From NCBI RefSeq assembly GCF_009914755.1, contig NC_060933.1: DNA of 64,000 nt; one strand, 5' to 3'. The DNA is from the human T2T-CHM13v2.0 reference genome, Homo sapiens. The first letter of the stretch is position 1. Every line of letters begins with the position of its first letter. The notes beneath the pieces were generated by a model that saw only the letters and a list, made by a program, of their open reading frames with translations, was not told the origin of the DNA and did not search any database. Positions 14,123 through 27,945 of the stretch are shown piece after piece. The translations under genes and the position numbers were made by a program.

Positions 14123-16991
14123 GGGGTCAGGATGAACCCTCATACTCTATGACACTGCTCCAGAAGGTCATTCATCCATCTCCACATTTTTATCAACAGC
14201 GTAGAACCCAACTTACTCTCCCTTAGAGCCATTGGGTTGAGCCACTCTCCTCTTGCCTCCAAAATCAACAAATTAACAATAAATACACCGGAAATATACA
14301 TTTCCATGTTCAAGGGCCACATCTCCCAAGCCCCATGCCCTAGCAACAGTCTTGAATATCTACTACTATGCATTTCAGAACTGTTGTTCTTCCAAAAGAT
14401 TCACAAAGGGAATTTCCTGCCACTGGAGTTTAGAGCTTGTGAAAGAGAGGCTGGTTCTATTCTGAGTGCTGCCCTTGACCTCCTGCGACCTTCAGTGAGT
14501 CACAGGCCCATTGCTGCACAGGGCTCTGGTCTACCCAGAGCCGCCAACACTGGCTGTGGCGTGGTGAGCACGTGGGGCCCTTGGCTGAACTGTGCTATAT
14601 ATAAGCCTGCAGTGTTATTAAGGGAGTCGGGTTCATCCCACACAGAATGCATTCTCTAATTGTTGCTATTGTAAATTATTTACATCCGAGGCACACACTC
14701 AGGAGGAGGAGATGAGAGAATGACCTTCCAGCAGCGCTGTTACCAAGCTCATCCTCTGGAGCTTTCTGCATGGATTGCTGGGCCATGACCCATATTCTGG
14801 GCCAGAGGTAGAAGGGAATGCCTCCTCCCTCCCTCCGCCCAGGTGCCTGAGAAACTGGGCTGATGATCGCATCTGGGAAGTTAACCCACAATACTTGCCT
14901 CTTAAACCTGAGTCAACTGGATAATCTCATCTAGGCTTAACTCTCAAATCTGCTTCTCCAGATAAGACTTCTCCCCAGTAATGCAGACCTTCAAAGCTGA
15001 GTGACCTTGGGCATGTTATTAACCCCCTCTGTGCCTCAGTTTCCTCATCTGTAAAATGTGGGCAGTAACAGGGGGATGCACATCTCTTGGGGTTCAGATC
15101 CAAATTAAACATAATTTTAAAATGTAACTATTTGTCTTAGTTTCAACTGAACCCCAAAACTACAGCTACCATATTCCAAACACAGGTGCACGACCATCAT
15201 ATAGGACTTATAAAAACAGGCAACCAAAATGCACTTTTTGGGGATTCTTAACTTCTTACCCACATCACAGCATGAAAAGTAAGATGCCAGGACTAGGAGT
15301 GGAGTTTGAGTGGCCTCTGACAGTGCTGAGCCCTCCTTTCTACCCTCTAAACTTCTCATGGGCAGAATGGGGTATAGAGGCCCCTCACCTCAAGCTTCCA
15401 CAGGACAACTCAAAGAGCATGGCAAAGGTCTCCTGGAGCTTGGGAGAACATGGAGGATTGGTGTCTAACTCACATCAGAGAAATCTCAAACAAAAATTCC
15501 AAAGAGAGAAATCTAAAGAGAGGCAGGCTGAAACCCAGCAGCAGAGCAGGGGCTGCAATTTGGGAAGCAACTGCCTAGTTCATGGGTAAAAGGAATGTGT
15601 CCCCTCCACATAGATCAGAGGTGGGCCACCTACAAGGGAAAACTGGGTGAGGTTGCTTTCAATCCTGACCCAGAGGGAGAGGTGATGCCAGAGACAGGAA
15701 ACTGGAATAATCTCCCTGCCATGTACCAAGGGTCCAAAGGATAAGTGACAGGCAAGCAGCTAAAGATACATTTTCCTACATCAAAGGAATCACAAGTAAG
15801 AAATCCCAGAGAAAAAGGAAAACTCCAAAAACACCCCCAAAGAAATGCTGCCAGTAAGAAAAGGTTAGCATTAACCATCTGCCAAGGCTGCAAAGCACTG
15901 ATGCTAGATCATCAGAAAATACTCATCAAGGAAGAATCCTTCTACCTTCTCACTTCTCCATTGTTGGCCAAACTTTATGCCTTGAAGAAGTCAGAGGTCA
16001 AGGTTAGCAAGATGGAGGAGGCATGGTAAAATTGTAACTTGGGGAAAGAGGAAAATCTGGAGGAAGAGTGAAGTTTCCACTTTAAATAAAATATTTGTTG
16101 TAATATACTGAACTAGACAGATTGATTACTGAGCAGAGACTATGTATGGAGAATAGAGGTGAACCCCCAAATTTTCACCTGAAAAAATTATGGTCTTTCC
16201 TTAACTTTCATCCAAATGTCAGAGGAAACCTGATCCAAGAGTTAAGTCTAAAAAGTGGGTGAAAAGAAGCAAGTGGTTTTTGCTTTTGTTTCTTTCTGAT
16301 CTTGCCCTATGAATCCTGTTTAGCCAAAGGGAAGATTTCATGAATTAAAACACCTTGGTGCCCAACTCAGTACAAACGTCCAATTAATTCCAATGAGAAT
16401 TTACTAATCAGGGTATACAAGGCAAAAAAAAAAAAATTCTTAGAATTTCTAGTGTACTTGTTTACTACCTATCTTCAAGACTCATCCCACATACCAGTCA
16501 CAAGTCACCAATGGTCATGAAGTGAAGAGCAGAAGCCCTACTGCACAGTGGGTTCTGTTTTTCCTTTGGGGTATTGTGATAACTTGGTGTTTTTATCGGT
16601 GCCTAGTGATATGGAGTTTAGGATTCTATCATCTGACTTTAACTAAAATGAGCAAGTGGCTTCAAAATACTATTAGGAAGAAACTTTTAATTGGCAATAA
16701 TGAAAATAATTCAAGACAACACAAACAAGAAAATGGTGAAGGGCCAGCCACCCTACAATGCTCAATCAAAAGTGAGATTTAATCAGGTTTATCAAGAATT
16801 GGAAGATTCAAGATAATCATGAAGACTAAAGTATGGATTTACATCTGCTATCATTAATGCTGACCCTTGCTCTAAGTGAATCTTGAACACTGGGGAATTG
16901 AGATATTAGCTAGTAAAGTTAATATGTGTAAATAATTTATATACATACATTCATAGGAAGGAATACTGCCAAAAATTTCTACTGATTGCTA

Positions 16992-17402
<411 letters not shown>

Positions 17403-17449
17403 TCATTATAATTTGTATATTTTACATTATTATTTTTAACCACATAATC

Positions 17450-18240
17450 AACATCTCTAGGAAATCACACAGGCTTCTCAAGCTCAAAATATCCCCAACC
17501 AAACTCATTATCACCCTCTCAAACTTTCCTGTCTCCCAGTATTCCCCATCCAAGTAAACCATACAATCTCCCAAATCATGCCTGTGAGAAGCCTGGGACT
17601 TTTCCTTTTTCCTCCACCCTATTCGGCCATTGCCACTGCTGCCACAACCATTTCCACATCCTGTCAATTTACTTTGCTTTCACATCCATCTACTTCCTTT
17701 GCCAGTCTTATTCTTCTCCCTTCTCTCTAAACCTCAGAGCAATCTTACACTCTTCCCTTTGCCTTACACACTTCTTTTTTCTAAGCCTATCCTCGTTTGA
17801 CACCTGTCATTCCATTTGGAACATGACTAACTCTCACTTGGATTATCACAACCATCTTCCTACTGGTCGTCTTGCTTCATGTCTGTCTACCACCTCCATC
17901 CTAAGCCCTTGTTGCCAGAGTGATCTATCAAAATACAGATGCAACCATGACACTCACCTAATCTAGCAGATCCAGCCATTCCCTATTGATTGTTTTACCC
18001 CTTAGTCTTGCCTTCAACAATAAGCTGAATCCTTTTCCTACTTCCATGCTTCCACACCCCATCCTCAACTCATCTTGTTCTCCAGATTCTCTCCCCAATT
18101 GCACCAACTGAACACACTGTAAATCTCCATGCCTCAGTGCCTTGTTTAGACTGTTCCCTCTCCTTGCAATGCCCATCCCTGTTTCCCAACTTTATAATAG
18201 GCAATTCATGGCTAAATTTATTAGTAAGAGTGAATGAAAG
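17450..18240 (+). mobile_element. L2 fragment
   Basis: Pyrimidine-rich L2 3' body (CTTCTCAAGCTCAAAATATCC, CACTTGGATTATCACAACC..CTTCCTACTGGTC). Confidence 0.65.
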
Positions 18241-18879
18241 ATTATTGAGCATGTATTACTTGCTAGATACTATGTCAGACTCTCATGCCCAATAGCATTA
18301 AATCCACAGAACAATCCCATAAGACATTAAATTGCATTATTTTGATTTTTGCAGATGATAAAGCTGAGGCCCTTTTAAAGTATCTGATTATTTTTCCAGT
18401 GTTGTAGTACCTAAAAATGGCAGAATTGAACTTAAACCTAAACCAATTCTAAGTGCTATGACTCAGCGTTTTAAAACAGTAAGCTAAGAAACCACATCAT
18501 CCCTAATTGTAGTTTTCTTATTTTGACCAGTGTGAACTACCACAAATCAACTGTAAAAATGTTAATAAAGAGAATTTCTGATAAATCATCTTGAAGCATG
18601 AAACTCCTAGAAATAGTGAATCTAGAGAAGTTCGTGGAAAACTGAATAAAAGTTAAAATATGTAGAATAATTATTTTTGTAATTTTTTTCTGTGATCCTA
18701 TTATATTTTATTAACAATATAAACCTAAGTTATGTATAGCACTTTTTTTCTTTTTAAATATTTCATTTGGACCCACATTTAGAAATGTGAGGGTCTAAAT
18801 TCAGGGAGACTGCCTTTGGAGCTTTCTCCCCAAATTATCAGCAGTCTATGCAAGAGATCTTTCAAAAGGGGAAGTGAAA

Positions 18880-20760
18880 TAAATATTTTGGAGTGTTTAT
18901 TGTAGGCCAGTTTGCTACAATTCAATAGATATTTCTTGATCCTCTATTTTAATTGGCTCTCACAGTCCAGAATGCGAGATGGACATAGAAATAGGTAATT
19001 TCAGTATAATGTAATAACAGAGCAAAGACAGGATACGTCCAGGGTTCTGTGGAACACGGGCCCCTAAACTAGGGTCTCTGGAAATGCTTCCTGGAGATGA
19101 CATCTAGATGAGGCCTTAGAAGACAGAGAGACATTTGTGAGGTAATGAAAAGTTTGGCCTGCATTTCAGACCAAGAGAAGCATGTGAAATGGCATGAAGG
19201 AGTGTGTTGTGAGTATGGAATCTACAAACATTTCCCAGTTGCTGCAGTGGGAATTTTGAGGCAGGGAGTGGCAGAAGATGAAGCAAAACCTCAGTGGGAT
19301 CACTTATTACATAACCATATCATTACCAACAACTGGTAGTTTCTTGGGGACCAAGATTCTTTTTTATTTTATTTTAGTGCTGGGGTACATGTGCAAGATG
19401 TTCAGGTTTGTTATATAGGTAAACATTTGCCATGGTGATTGGCTGTACTTATCAACTCATCACCTAGGTATTAAGCCCAGCACGCATTAGCTATTTTTCC
19501 TGATGCTCTCTCCTACAGTGCCTTCAACAGGCAGGCCCCAGTGTATGTTGTTCCCCTCCCTGTGGAGGACCAAGATTCCTGTTTCCCCTCCTATGTATGT
19601 CCAGCATCTGGAACTAATTATTGGGTAGGTACTGAATCAATATTTATTGAATGGATGAACTGTACAAATTGAGAGCTAGGATTCACTCCATGGGATCACA
19701 GGGAACCATGGGAACCTTCTAAACACAGTAGCTTTATGTCAGAGTTTCATTTTAGATGAATTACTCCAACTGCAGGGGTTAGTGGAGAGATTTAAGGTAG
19801 GATGAGGAAGCAATTGAGGACACTATAGATTATACATGGTCTGAACAAGACATCTTGTATTAGATGGAAAGAAAAAAATGAGAAGCAAAATTAGCAAGAT
19901 TTGGTGACTGGGTGGATGAAGTGAGAAAAGGAAGGTGTATACAATGACTCTTAGTCTGTTTTGGTAACCAGGTTAATGCTGGTGCTATTCATGACAATAA
20001 AGAATAATGGAAAAGGAATGGGTTTTGAGTAAATGATGACAAGTTCCCTCTTGGATCTGTTGCATTTGAGGTGTCCATTGACATTCAAGTTAGGATTTCT
20101 AGTAGGCTACAGAATCCTTGAGAGAAAAAAAAAAGAAGAAGAAAGGCCAGGGCTAGAGGTAAATATTTGTAAATCACTATGAACCAGTGGTGATTAGAAC
20201 TACAGGAGTGGATGAGACCACTCAGTAAACTCATGAGTCAAGAGTAATGCAAATAAATAGTAAGCAATGCCCATTTTTAGTCAGCATGAAGAGGAAGAGA
20301 TATCATAAAGTGGACTGAAAAGAGATAGTACGATGGATGAAGGGGAATTATGAGAGAATAATGGCAACAAAGCCAGGGGAGCAGGGGTGTGTAAGAAGAA
20401 AAGGGTCTCAAGTTTCAAAGGCTACAGAGTGCTAGAACAAGATAAAGATGCAAAATATCTGTTAGAATTAAGAATACAGAGGTAGCTGACAGTTGTCAAC
20501 AGCATGATGGAAACAGAAGATTCATTGAAAGAGATTAAGGCATGAATGGGATGTGAGTCAATGGAGACACAGAGTATACAGTACTTGGCTAAGATGGAAA
20601 AAGCAGAAGAGCAAATGGCTCTCCTTTCTCCCTACCAGAGAGGGAAGCCAAGAGTCAATGGAAGATTTTTTGTTTTCTTTATGGAAAGACTTTAGTATAT
20701 TTAATTCTAGGATAGACCTAGAATTAAATAATAGAATATGAGACAGAAAGATAATTAGCA
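18880..20760 (-). mobile_element. Long decayed L2 with nested insertions
   Basis: Purine-rich antisense L2 signature (GATTTGGTGACTGGGTGGATG, TTGCATTTGAGGTGTC, GGAGTGGATGAGACCACTCAG). Confidence 0.6.
19360..19565 (-). mobile_element. L1PA 3'-end fragment, heavily 5'-truncated
   Basis: GGGGTACATGTGCAAGATGT.CAGGTTTGTTA.ATAGGTAAAC...TTCCCCTCCCTGTG; TSD ggaccaagattc at 19348-19359 and 19567-19578. Confidence 0.9.
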
Positions 20761-22959
20761 CTTATTGAGAGAGTGGAATGGAGTCTGGGATAGGGTGGCC
20801 AAACTCTGGACCAGACACTTGGTAATTAAATAGAAAGTGTCCATGACTTTAGGGAGCCATAGGCTGATAACGGAGATAAATCTGTAAAACCCAAATTACA
20901 AAACAATAGATTGAGTATCAGAGACCTGAACAATGTTGTTGGAGCAAAGGAAGGAAGAAGTAACTCAAACAGAGCCAGTTCAAAAATACTTCTCAGGGGA
21001 GCTGAGATTTGGCTTGGGAGTCAAAAAGACTTCTCAGGGGAGCTGAGAATGGTTCAAACAAGGATGTGCCAGCTGAAAGGACAAAACAAAAACAAACAAA
21101 CAAAAAAACCCAAGAGAAAGTTTTCCAGGTCATGAGAGCAGTGTGAGCAAAAGCATGGAATCATAAAAACCCACCACTAAAATGAGTAAGAAATGTAAAG
21201 AATAAGAAAAGTTTGCTGCCCCCACAGAGGCATATTGAAGAGCTTGGAGGCAGACTTGGAGGCAGAAATAGATGCCAAAGATAGAAACAGGCACTACACA
21301 GGTGCTCAAGATACAGCGACTCAATAAAGAAACAGATTGTTCTGGTGAGTTAGTGGCTTTGAGTTCTTCCCTGGGGTTAATTATTCTTAATATTCAGTGG
21401 AGCAAATAGATAAAACACTTAAGTTTTGTGTTTGAATCCAAATTCCAATATTTACTCATCAAAAGTTCTGACCCTTGGCCTGATGTTTCCAGCAGGTCCC
21501 TACTGAAATCAGGTGAAAAGTTCTTGGTGGATTCATTTGTATAGAAACTACCATGGTTCAGCTAATTCTTCTGCAATGTTGTCATCCTTTTATAGAGTAC
21601 CTTTTAAATGATGAACTAAAAGTACAGCCACAGCTGTCACTTGTCTGTGACAATCATAGAATCCAAGAAAGAAGGCAGGGGACACATGAGTGTTTAAGCA
21701 GATGCTGGATGTGCCTGGGCCGGCAATCACAGGTTCAGTGTTGAGATTGAGCACTCTGCCTCTTCCCACTCTCTCAAGGTTCTCCTCACACCATCCTTGC
21801 ATTCCAGTAAAACTTCATGCTGCCAAGGAACTGAGCTCCCATTTGATCTCTCAGCCACTTTTAACATACACAGGACAAAGATTTATATTCTTCATTTCAG
21901 TGATGAGAAAATGAACAGTCAGAGAGGTAACACCAGTAAATTATTTTAATAAAACAGGCATAATTCACTGAGCCCTCAAAACAAGCATCTGAAGATGTGA
22001 TTATCATTCCTATTTCATAGGTGAGAAAAAAGCCAGAAAGTTTTAGAACTTTCTGAGACCCATGGTCTCAAAGCTACTGTGAGGCAGCAGCAAGATCCAA
22101 ATCCATGTAATCTGGTTTCTGAATCCACTAGCCAGTGATACCTATTTAATGTTCTACTTGGATGAGAAGTAGACTTGGATCTAAACTCCTGCCATAGGCC
22201 CCGAGCTGGGCTTTCAGTCTTATACTTTCTCATAATTCTTCACTTTGATAGAGAACAATTTATTTCCCACACAGAAGCACATCCATGGTCCACCAGTGAG
22301 GGATGTGAACATATTACAGAGGGTGCCAATTTTTTTTAACCTTTTCCACATGTCTCAGAATTCGAAAAGACACTAGGAGTGCTCACCATTTTCTTTCTCT
22401 GCCTTTTGCTAAACCAGAGCCATCTAATTTCCCTGTTAAGACTGATCTTTACCTCCTCATCACCTGAAGGATACAGTCCAAATTCTTTAACAAGGCATTT
22501 TATTTCTACCCTGCCTACTTTCCAAACTCACCTCACCACCATCCACTCCCCCATGCTCTTCCCTCCAGCATACCAAACTTCTTACAGTTGCCTCAAGGTT
22601 TTGCAAATTCTCTGAAATGCCTCCATGTCTCTAGGTACTAAAGAGCAAATTCTTACTGTCCCTTGACAATTCATCTCCAGTATCTTCTCTGGAGGCCTTT
22701 ATTTGAACACCAGTAGGAGTGAACCCTCCCATATTTGGGACTTTGCTGACATTGTCCATTCTTCTTTGTGTTTCTATCTCATTCAATGGTTGACATTTAT
22801 GTTTCTGAGACTGAATGATGAGCATCCTAAAGGTAAGGCCCAGGTTCTAACACAATCCTATATCCTTACATTTAACATAAAAACTGGCATGCAATAAATG
22901 TGATTGACCTTTCATATTTGCCTCTCAGGGGCCTGTTTTCTCTTCTTAACAGTCATCAA

Positions 22960-23363
<404 letters not shown>

Positions 23364-23989
23364 TTAAAGAAGTAAAATGTAAAAGACCCCCAGGACCAAG
23401 AAAGCAAGGCTTTGCTACCAGACCTGAACCTAAAGGGAAGAGAAGCTGGAGGGTTGGCAGGCATTTTATCACTATGAGGAGGAGCCTTGGAAAGGCAGGA
23501 CCAAGACTTGTTCTAAGATGAGACTAGAGAAACCCTGGAGCAACCTGCTGCCCAGCTCTGCTCACAAGATTTAGTTACATAAGACAATCACATGATTTTG
23601 TTGTTTTGGGTTTTGGATTTTTCTTGCCTTAAAACAATTTCAGTTTGGTTCGCTACTGCTAGCAGCACACAGAGCCCAAAGAAATAACAGCAATTTGTCA
23701 ACAACATCTGCATCCATATATAACATCGGGAGGTTCCAGTAGAATTTAATTGGCTCCTTCTATGGTACTGGTTTGGGGGTGTTCCTGCTGTCATGAGTGT
23801 TTCTTTGTAAATATGTAGATGATGAAGTCTGTCTTAATCCTTTAACACTCTCTCTTCCTAGCTTTTTCTAGACCTCCATTGATTACACAGCTGCCATTCT
23901 GCCCAAGACCTCCAGCTTTACTAACGTGAGAATCAACCAAAGATACAAAGATACAAGAAATTCACTATTTCCATCCCCTTGACACTATC

Positions 23990-24180
23990 TGAGGTTTCAC
24001 GAAGAATATTCCACAGACCACTTTGGTCAAAATCGCCAGGGATGCTTAATAAATGTTCAACCTCTTGGACCCTTCACCAGACTTACCGAATCATAAATCT
24101 CTCTAGTAAGAAGTGTATAGGGATCTGCACTTTTAGTAAATTCTCCGGTGAATGTTATACACTAAAGGGTAAAAGCCACT
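23990..24180. mobile_element. MER5-family hAT element
   Basis: CCAGACTTACCGAATCA.AAATCTCT...ATCTGCACTTTTAGTAAATTCTCC.GTGA. Confidence 0.6.
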
Positions 24181-24601
24181 ATCTGAGCTGGGGAGGAAGA
24201 TCAGCAGGATCAGCTGAGGCCATTGCTGAACTCTAAGAAATGCCTTCCTATTGTTGCAGGGACAAGCCTCCTGATGAGCTAGAACCAGGGTCCTTCCTGT
24301 TACCTTCAAACTCTGAATAAAAAGCTGTGCACTCTCTGATTTCTAAGGGCCCAACCAGTCCCATGTGTATGATTTTCAGAAGGCTACGTCACCACTCCGA
24401 GGATCTATTTTCCCATCTGTGTTGCTAGATTCAGGAACTCTGTATATAACCATTCTAGCTACCATTTTTAGTCCTTACAATATTAATAATAATTTACTAA
24501 TGACAAAAAAAAATTGTAAACACTTACTGTATGACAGAAGCTGTGTCAAGAATTTTGTAGATGTTACCTCAATTCATCTCCATAACAACCTATGGGATAG
24601 T

Positions 24602-25136
24602 TGTGGTGGATTACTTTAATGGCCCCAACACATCACCCCTCCCTATCATTAGGCACTCTGTCATGTACTTTTTAGCCCTTCTACTAAGGAGGTAGAATCT
24701 ATTCCCCTTTCCTTGAATTTGGGCTCATCTTCATAACTCCCTTTGGTCAGATGAGGCAGAAGTGATGGTGTGTCAGTTCTGAGCCTGTACACAAGACACC
24801 TTGTGAGTTTCTACTTAACCTCTGTGCTCCTGCTACTGTCACAAGGACATGCCTGATATTTCAGAGGGAGGATGAAAGACATGCAGAGCAGGCTCTCGAG
24901 CTAACATGACTCAGCCAAGCCAAGATTAGAGTAGAGCACCCCCCTTCCCCACTGAACTGCAGGAGCAAGAGCAGCCCAGCCTAGATCAGTGAGCCTGGGT
25001 TAGGTCAGCTGGCCCTAGCTGCCCCACTGATGCATGAGCTTCAAGTGCCAGCTGTTTAAAGCCAATGAATTGGGTGAGGTGGTGGGAAGAGAGAGGTTGT
25101 TATATAACAAGTTTACGGTAATAGCTAACAGATACA
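24602..25136 (+). mobile_element. MLT1 (MaLR) solo LTR inserted in a MIR
   Basis: TGTGGTGG...AATAGCTAACAGATACA termini; MIR sequence resumes on both sides. Confidence 0.8.
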
Positions 25137-25392
25137 CTAGGTAATATTAATATTCCCACTTTATAGATAAGAAAACTGAGGGTCAGTGAAGCAAAGTAAC
25201 TTGTTCAAAGTCACACTATTAATAGTAAGAGCCAAAGTTGGGATTTGATGCTAGATCTATTCAAAGCTTAGGCTCTTAATTCACATTAAACTGTCAGCTA
25301 CTGGGTTGAGGACTCTGGTCCCCAAGCTATGTGTCTTTAATCTAGTGTGGCTTGTGAGTCTCAAGCAGTCTCTGACTTTAAAGTGAATTTCT

Positions 25393-25698
25393 GGCAGGCT
25401 GTGGTGGCTCATGCCTGTAATCCCAGGACTTTAGGAGGCTGAGGAAGGTGGATTTTCTGAGCTCAGGAATTTGAGACCAGCCTGGGCAACATGGCAAAAC
25501 CCTATCTCTACCAAAAATACAAAAAAATTAGCCAGGCATGGTGGTGCACGCCTGTGGTCCCAGCTACTCAGGAGGCTGAGGTGAGAGGATCACTTGAGCC
25601 TGGGAGGCAGAGGCTGTAGTGAGCCAAGATCGTGCCACTGCACTTCAACCTGGGTGACAGAGTGAGACCCTGTTTCAAAAAAAAAAAAAAAAAAAAAA
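25393..25698 (+). mobile_element. AluJb-like
   Basis: GAGGATCACTTGAGCCTGGGAGG, GAGTGAGACCCTG, poly-A tail. Confidence 0.9.
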
Positions 25699-27638
25699 GT
25701 TCTTAAAATATTTCTAATCTTCAAATAAAAAAAAATAAATTTTCCCCTCCAGATTTCATTAAAAATTCCGGAGGTGAGGTCCAAAAATCTGTAGTCTTAA
25801 AACGCTCCCGTATTATTTTAATGCATTTGTGGGGATGAATGGCCTATATTTGGAGTAGGAGAGAAGGGCTTGTCCTAAACGAGGGGACACTGAGTATTCA
25901 CTGAAGTTCTTTCCATCTCATAGGCTGTGAATGTGCAGTCTACCTTAATCCATCTATGCATAAGAAAGGAAGCTTGCAGGCTTTAAATCAGAAAGGAACA
26001 AGGTGTTTCATTGGGAGCCTAAGGAAAGAAAAAAAATATATATTGCATCTTTTGGATGAAAGGGCCCTTAATCTTCAAAACACAAACCATTTTCCATACC
26101 AAAGCCCCTTCAAGTCTAGGAAGTCTGCTGGGGCCTCAAGTCAGGCAAACAGCTTGTGTTTTGCAGATTAAGGGGCCTTTGACCCAGAGGATCCATTTTT
26201 GTGAAACTCCAAAGGAAATGCCTGGTCTATTTCTAGCCCATACACTCCCTGACAGAGGCAGCTCTAAATGCAGTCTGAGAAGAAGGCCGCTTCCCTGCTG
26301 GGAGTGGGGCCCAGCACACAGGAGGTAGTTAGATGAATGGAAGGTTTCCTGAAAGAGATCCTTTGCCTCAAAATATCATACCTGCTTCCTTGCCAGGATG
26401 CCCCAAATGCTCATTATAGAATAAACACAACTTTGAACTAATGAAAATTCCTGCTCAAGGAAGAGGGCCAATCATGCCAACCAGCAGGAGCAGGCATATT
26501 TCTAACACCTTCGAATTGAGGGGTACATTACCTCATTCGGTTTTCACAACACCGTGTTGTTGGCACAACGGGGAAACTGAATCATCACCCCACAGGCAAG
26601 GAAACTGAGAATTGAAGTAGTGTGCCTAAGATTACCCAAGCAAGCTCTCATGCTCCTCCCTAATCAGACCCCAGCCATAGGAATTCAACAAGGGCAAGAT
26701 AAAGTCAGAAGCAGGGTTATTTGTGGAGGATAAACTAGAGCATGCCATCAGGTTTAGCTGACACTTAACTAAGCTAAGTGAAAATACCCCAATTCTAGCC
26801 TCCACTACTACTATAGAGGCAAGACTTGGGGCAACTGATATCCCTAAATCTCTGGAACTTGGTCTCTGCACCTGTGCAACGAGGAAGGTAGACTTAAGTG
26901 TTTTCTTATGTTCCTTCCAAGAATCATAGTACTTGTCTTGGACTATAATTCTGTACTGGTGAAATAAGGAAGAAACTTGCACTTTATGGAGGGGGTGGGG
27001 GAGGGGAATAGAGAGAGAGAGAGAATCATGCTCAATCTTGGCTCGCCTTGGATGAGGGGACATTGTGCCAGACAAGAGAGATCGAGTCTGAGGAAGTGAA
27101 TGGATTTGATTTGTCTAAGCCTTAGCAAAGCAAATATTACTGAAATGTTGGCTGAGCGCCACTGACTTCCAAACAGAAAATGGCTTCCAGATATACTGTG
27201 GGAGCTCAGCAGGGTCTGTTAGAGTGAGTGATGGGGTGGCCATGCACTGCTGGAGAGCAGGGAGAAAGATTATAATATTCTCCCGACTGAGACGGACACA
27301 AACAGCCAGCTCAGGAGGAGGAGAGAAGGCACCAGCTGAATGTCCCCTAAAAGGCTCAGATAATTTACAGAAATCCCAGAAGGGCCTTTGGAAACTGTTA
27401 ACCTAAGGCTGCTTGAGCCAAGTTACGTGGTTAGATGCCAAGAGAGTTGGTGAGTGCAGCAAGCACTGATGTGGGAGTCAGGAGGCCTGAGCTCAGGGCC
27501 CAGCTAGGTTTCTAATTCATCATGTGATCTGAGTCAAGGCTCATCCCATCCACAGACCTCAGTTAGTCTGTGCAGAAAGTTGGAAGTTTTAAATTATCTC
27601 TAAGGGCCCTTCTAACTCAGGCATTCTATGACACACTC

Positions 27639-27945
27639 TATCGGTGACTCACTCAACAGGTACCTACTGGATACCTTTCCAATATCAGTGATTCTTTCAA
27701 CAGGTACTTACTGGATACCTTTCCAATATCAGTGATTCATTCAAAAGGTACTTAATGAACACCTACCCAATATCAGTGATTTGATCAACAGGAACCTAAT
27801 GGACACCTATCCAATATTAGTGATTCATTCAACAGGTACTTAATGGACACCTATCCAATATCAGTGATTCATTCAACAGGTGCTTAATGGACACCTATCT
27901 AATATCAGTGATTTGTTCAACAGGTACTTAATGGACACCTTTCAA
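27639..27945. repeat. 44-bp minisatellite, ~7 copies
   Basis: Unit TATCAGTGATTCATTCAACAGGTACTTAATGGACACCTATCCAA starts at 27639, 27683, 27727, 27771, 27815, 27859 and 27903. Confidence 0.97.

Noticed and set aside
14237-14659. 140-aa ORF (also 26632..27075 and 28770..29120)
   Set aside because: No recognisable homology, non-ATG or weak starts and no supporting splice structure; expected by chance in 64 kb.
27639-27945. CRISPR-like array
   Set aside because: Head-to-tail 44-bp units with no unique spacers, eukaryotic context and no cas genes.
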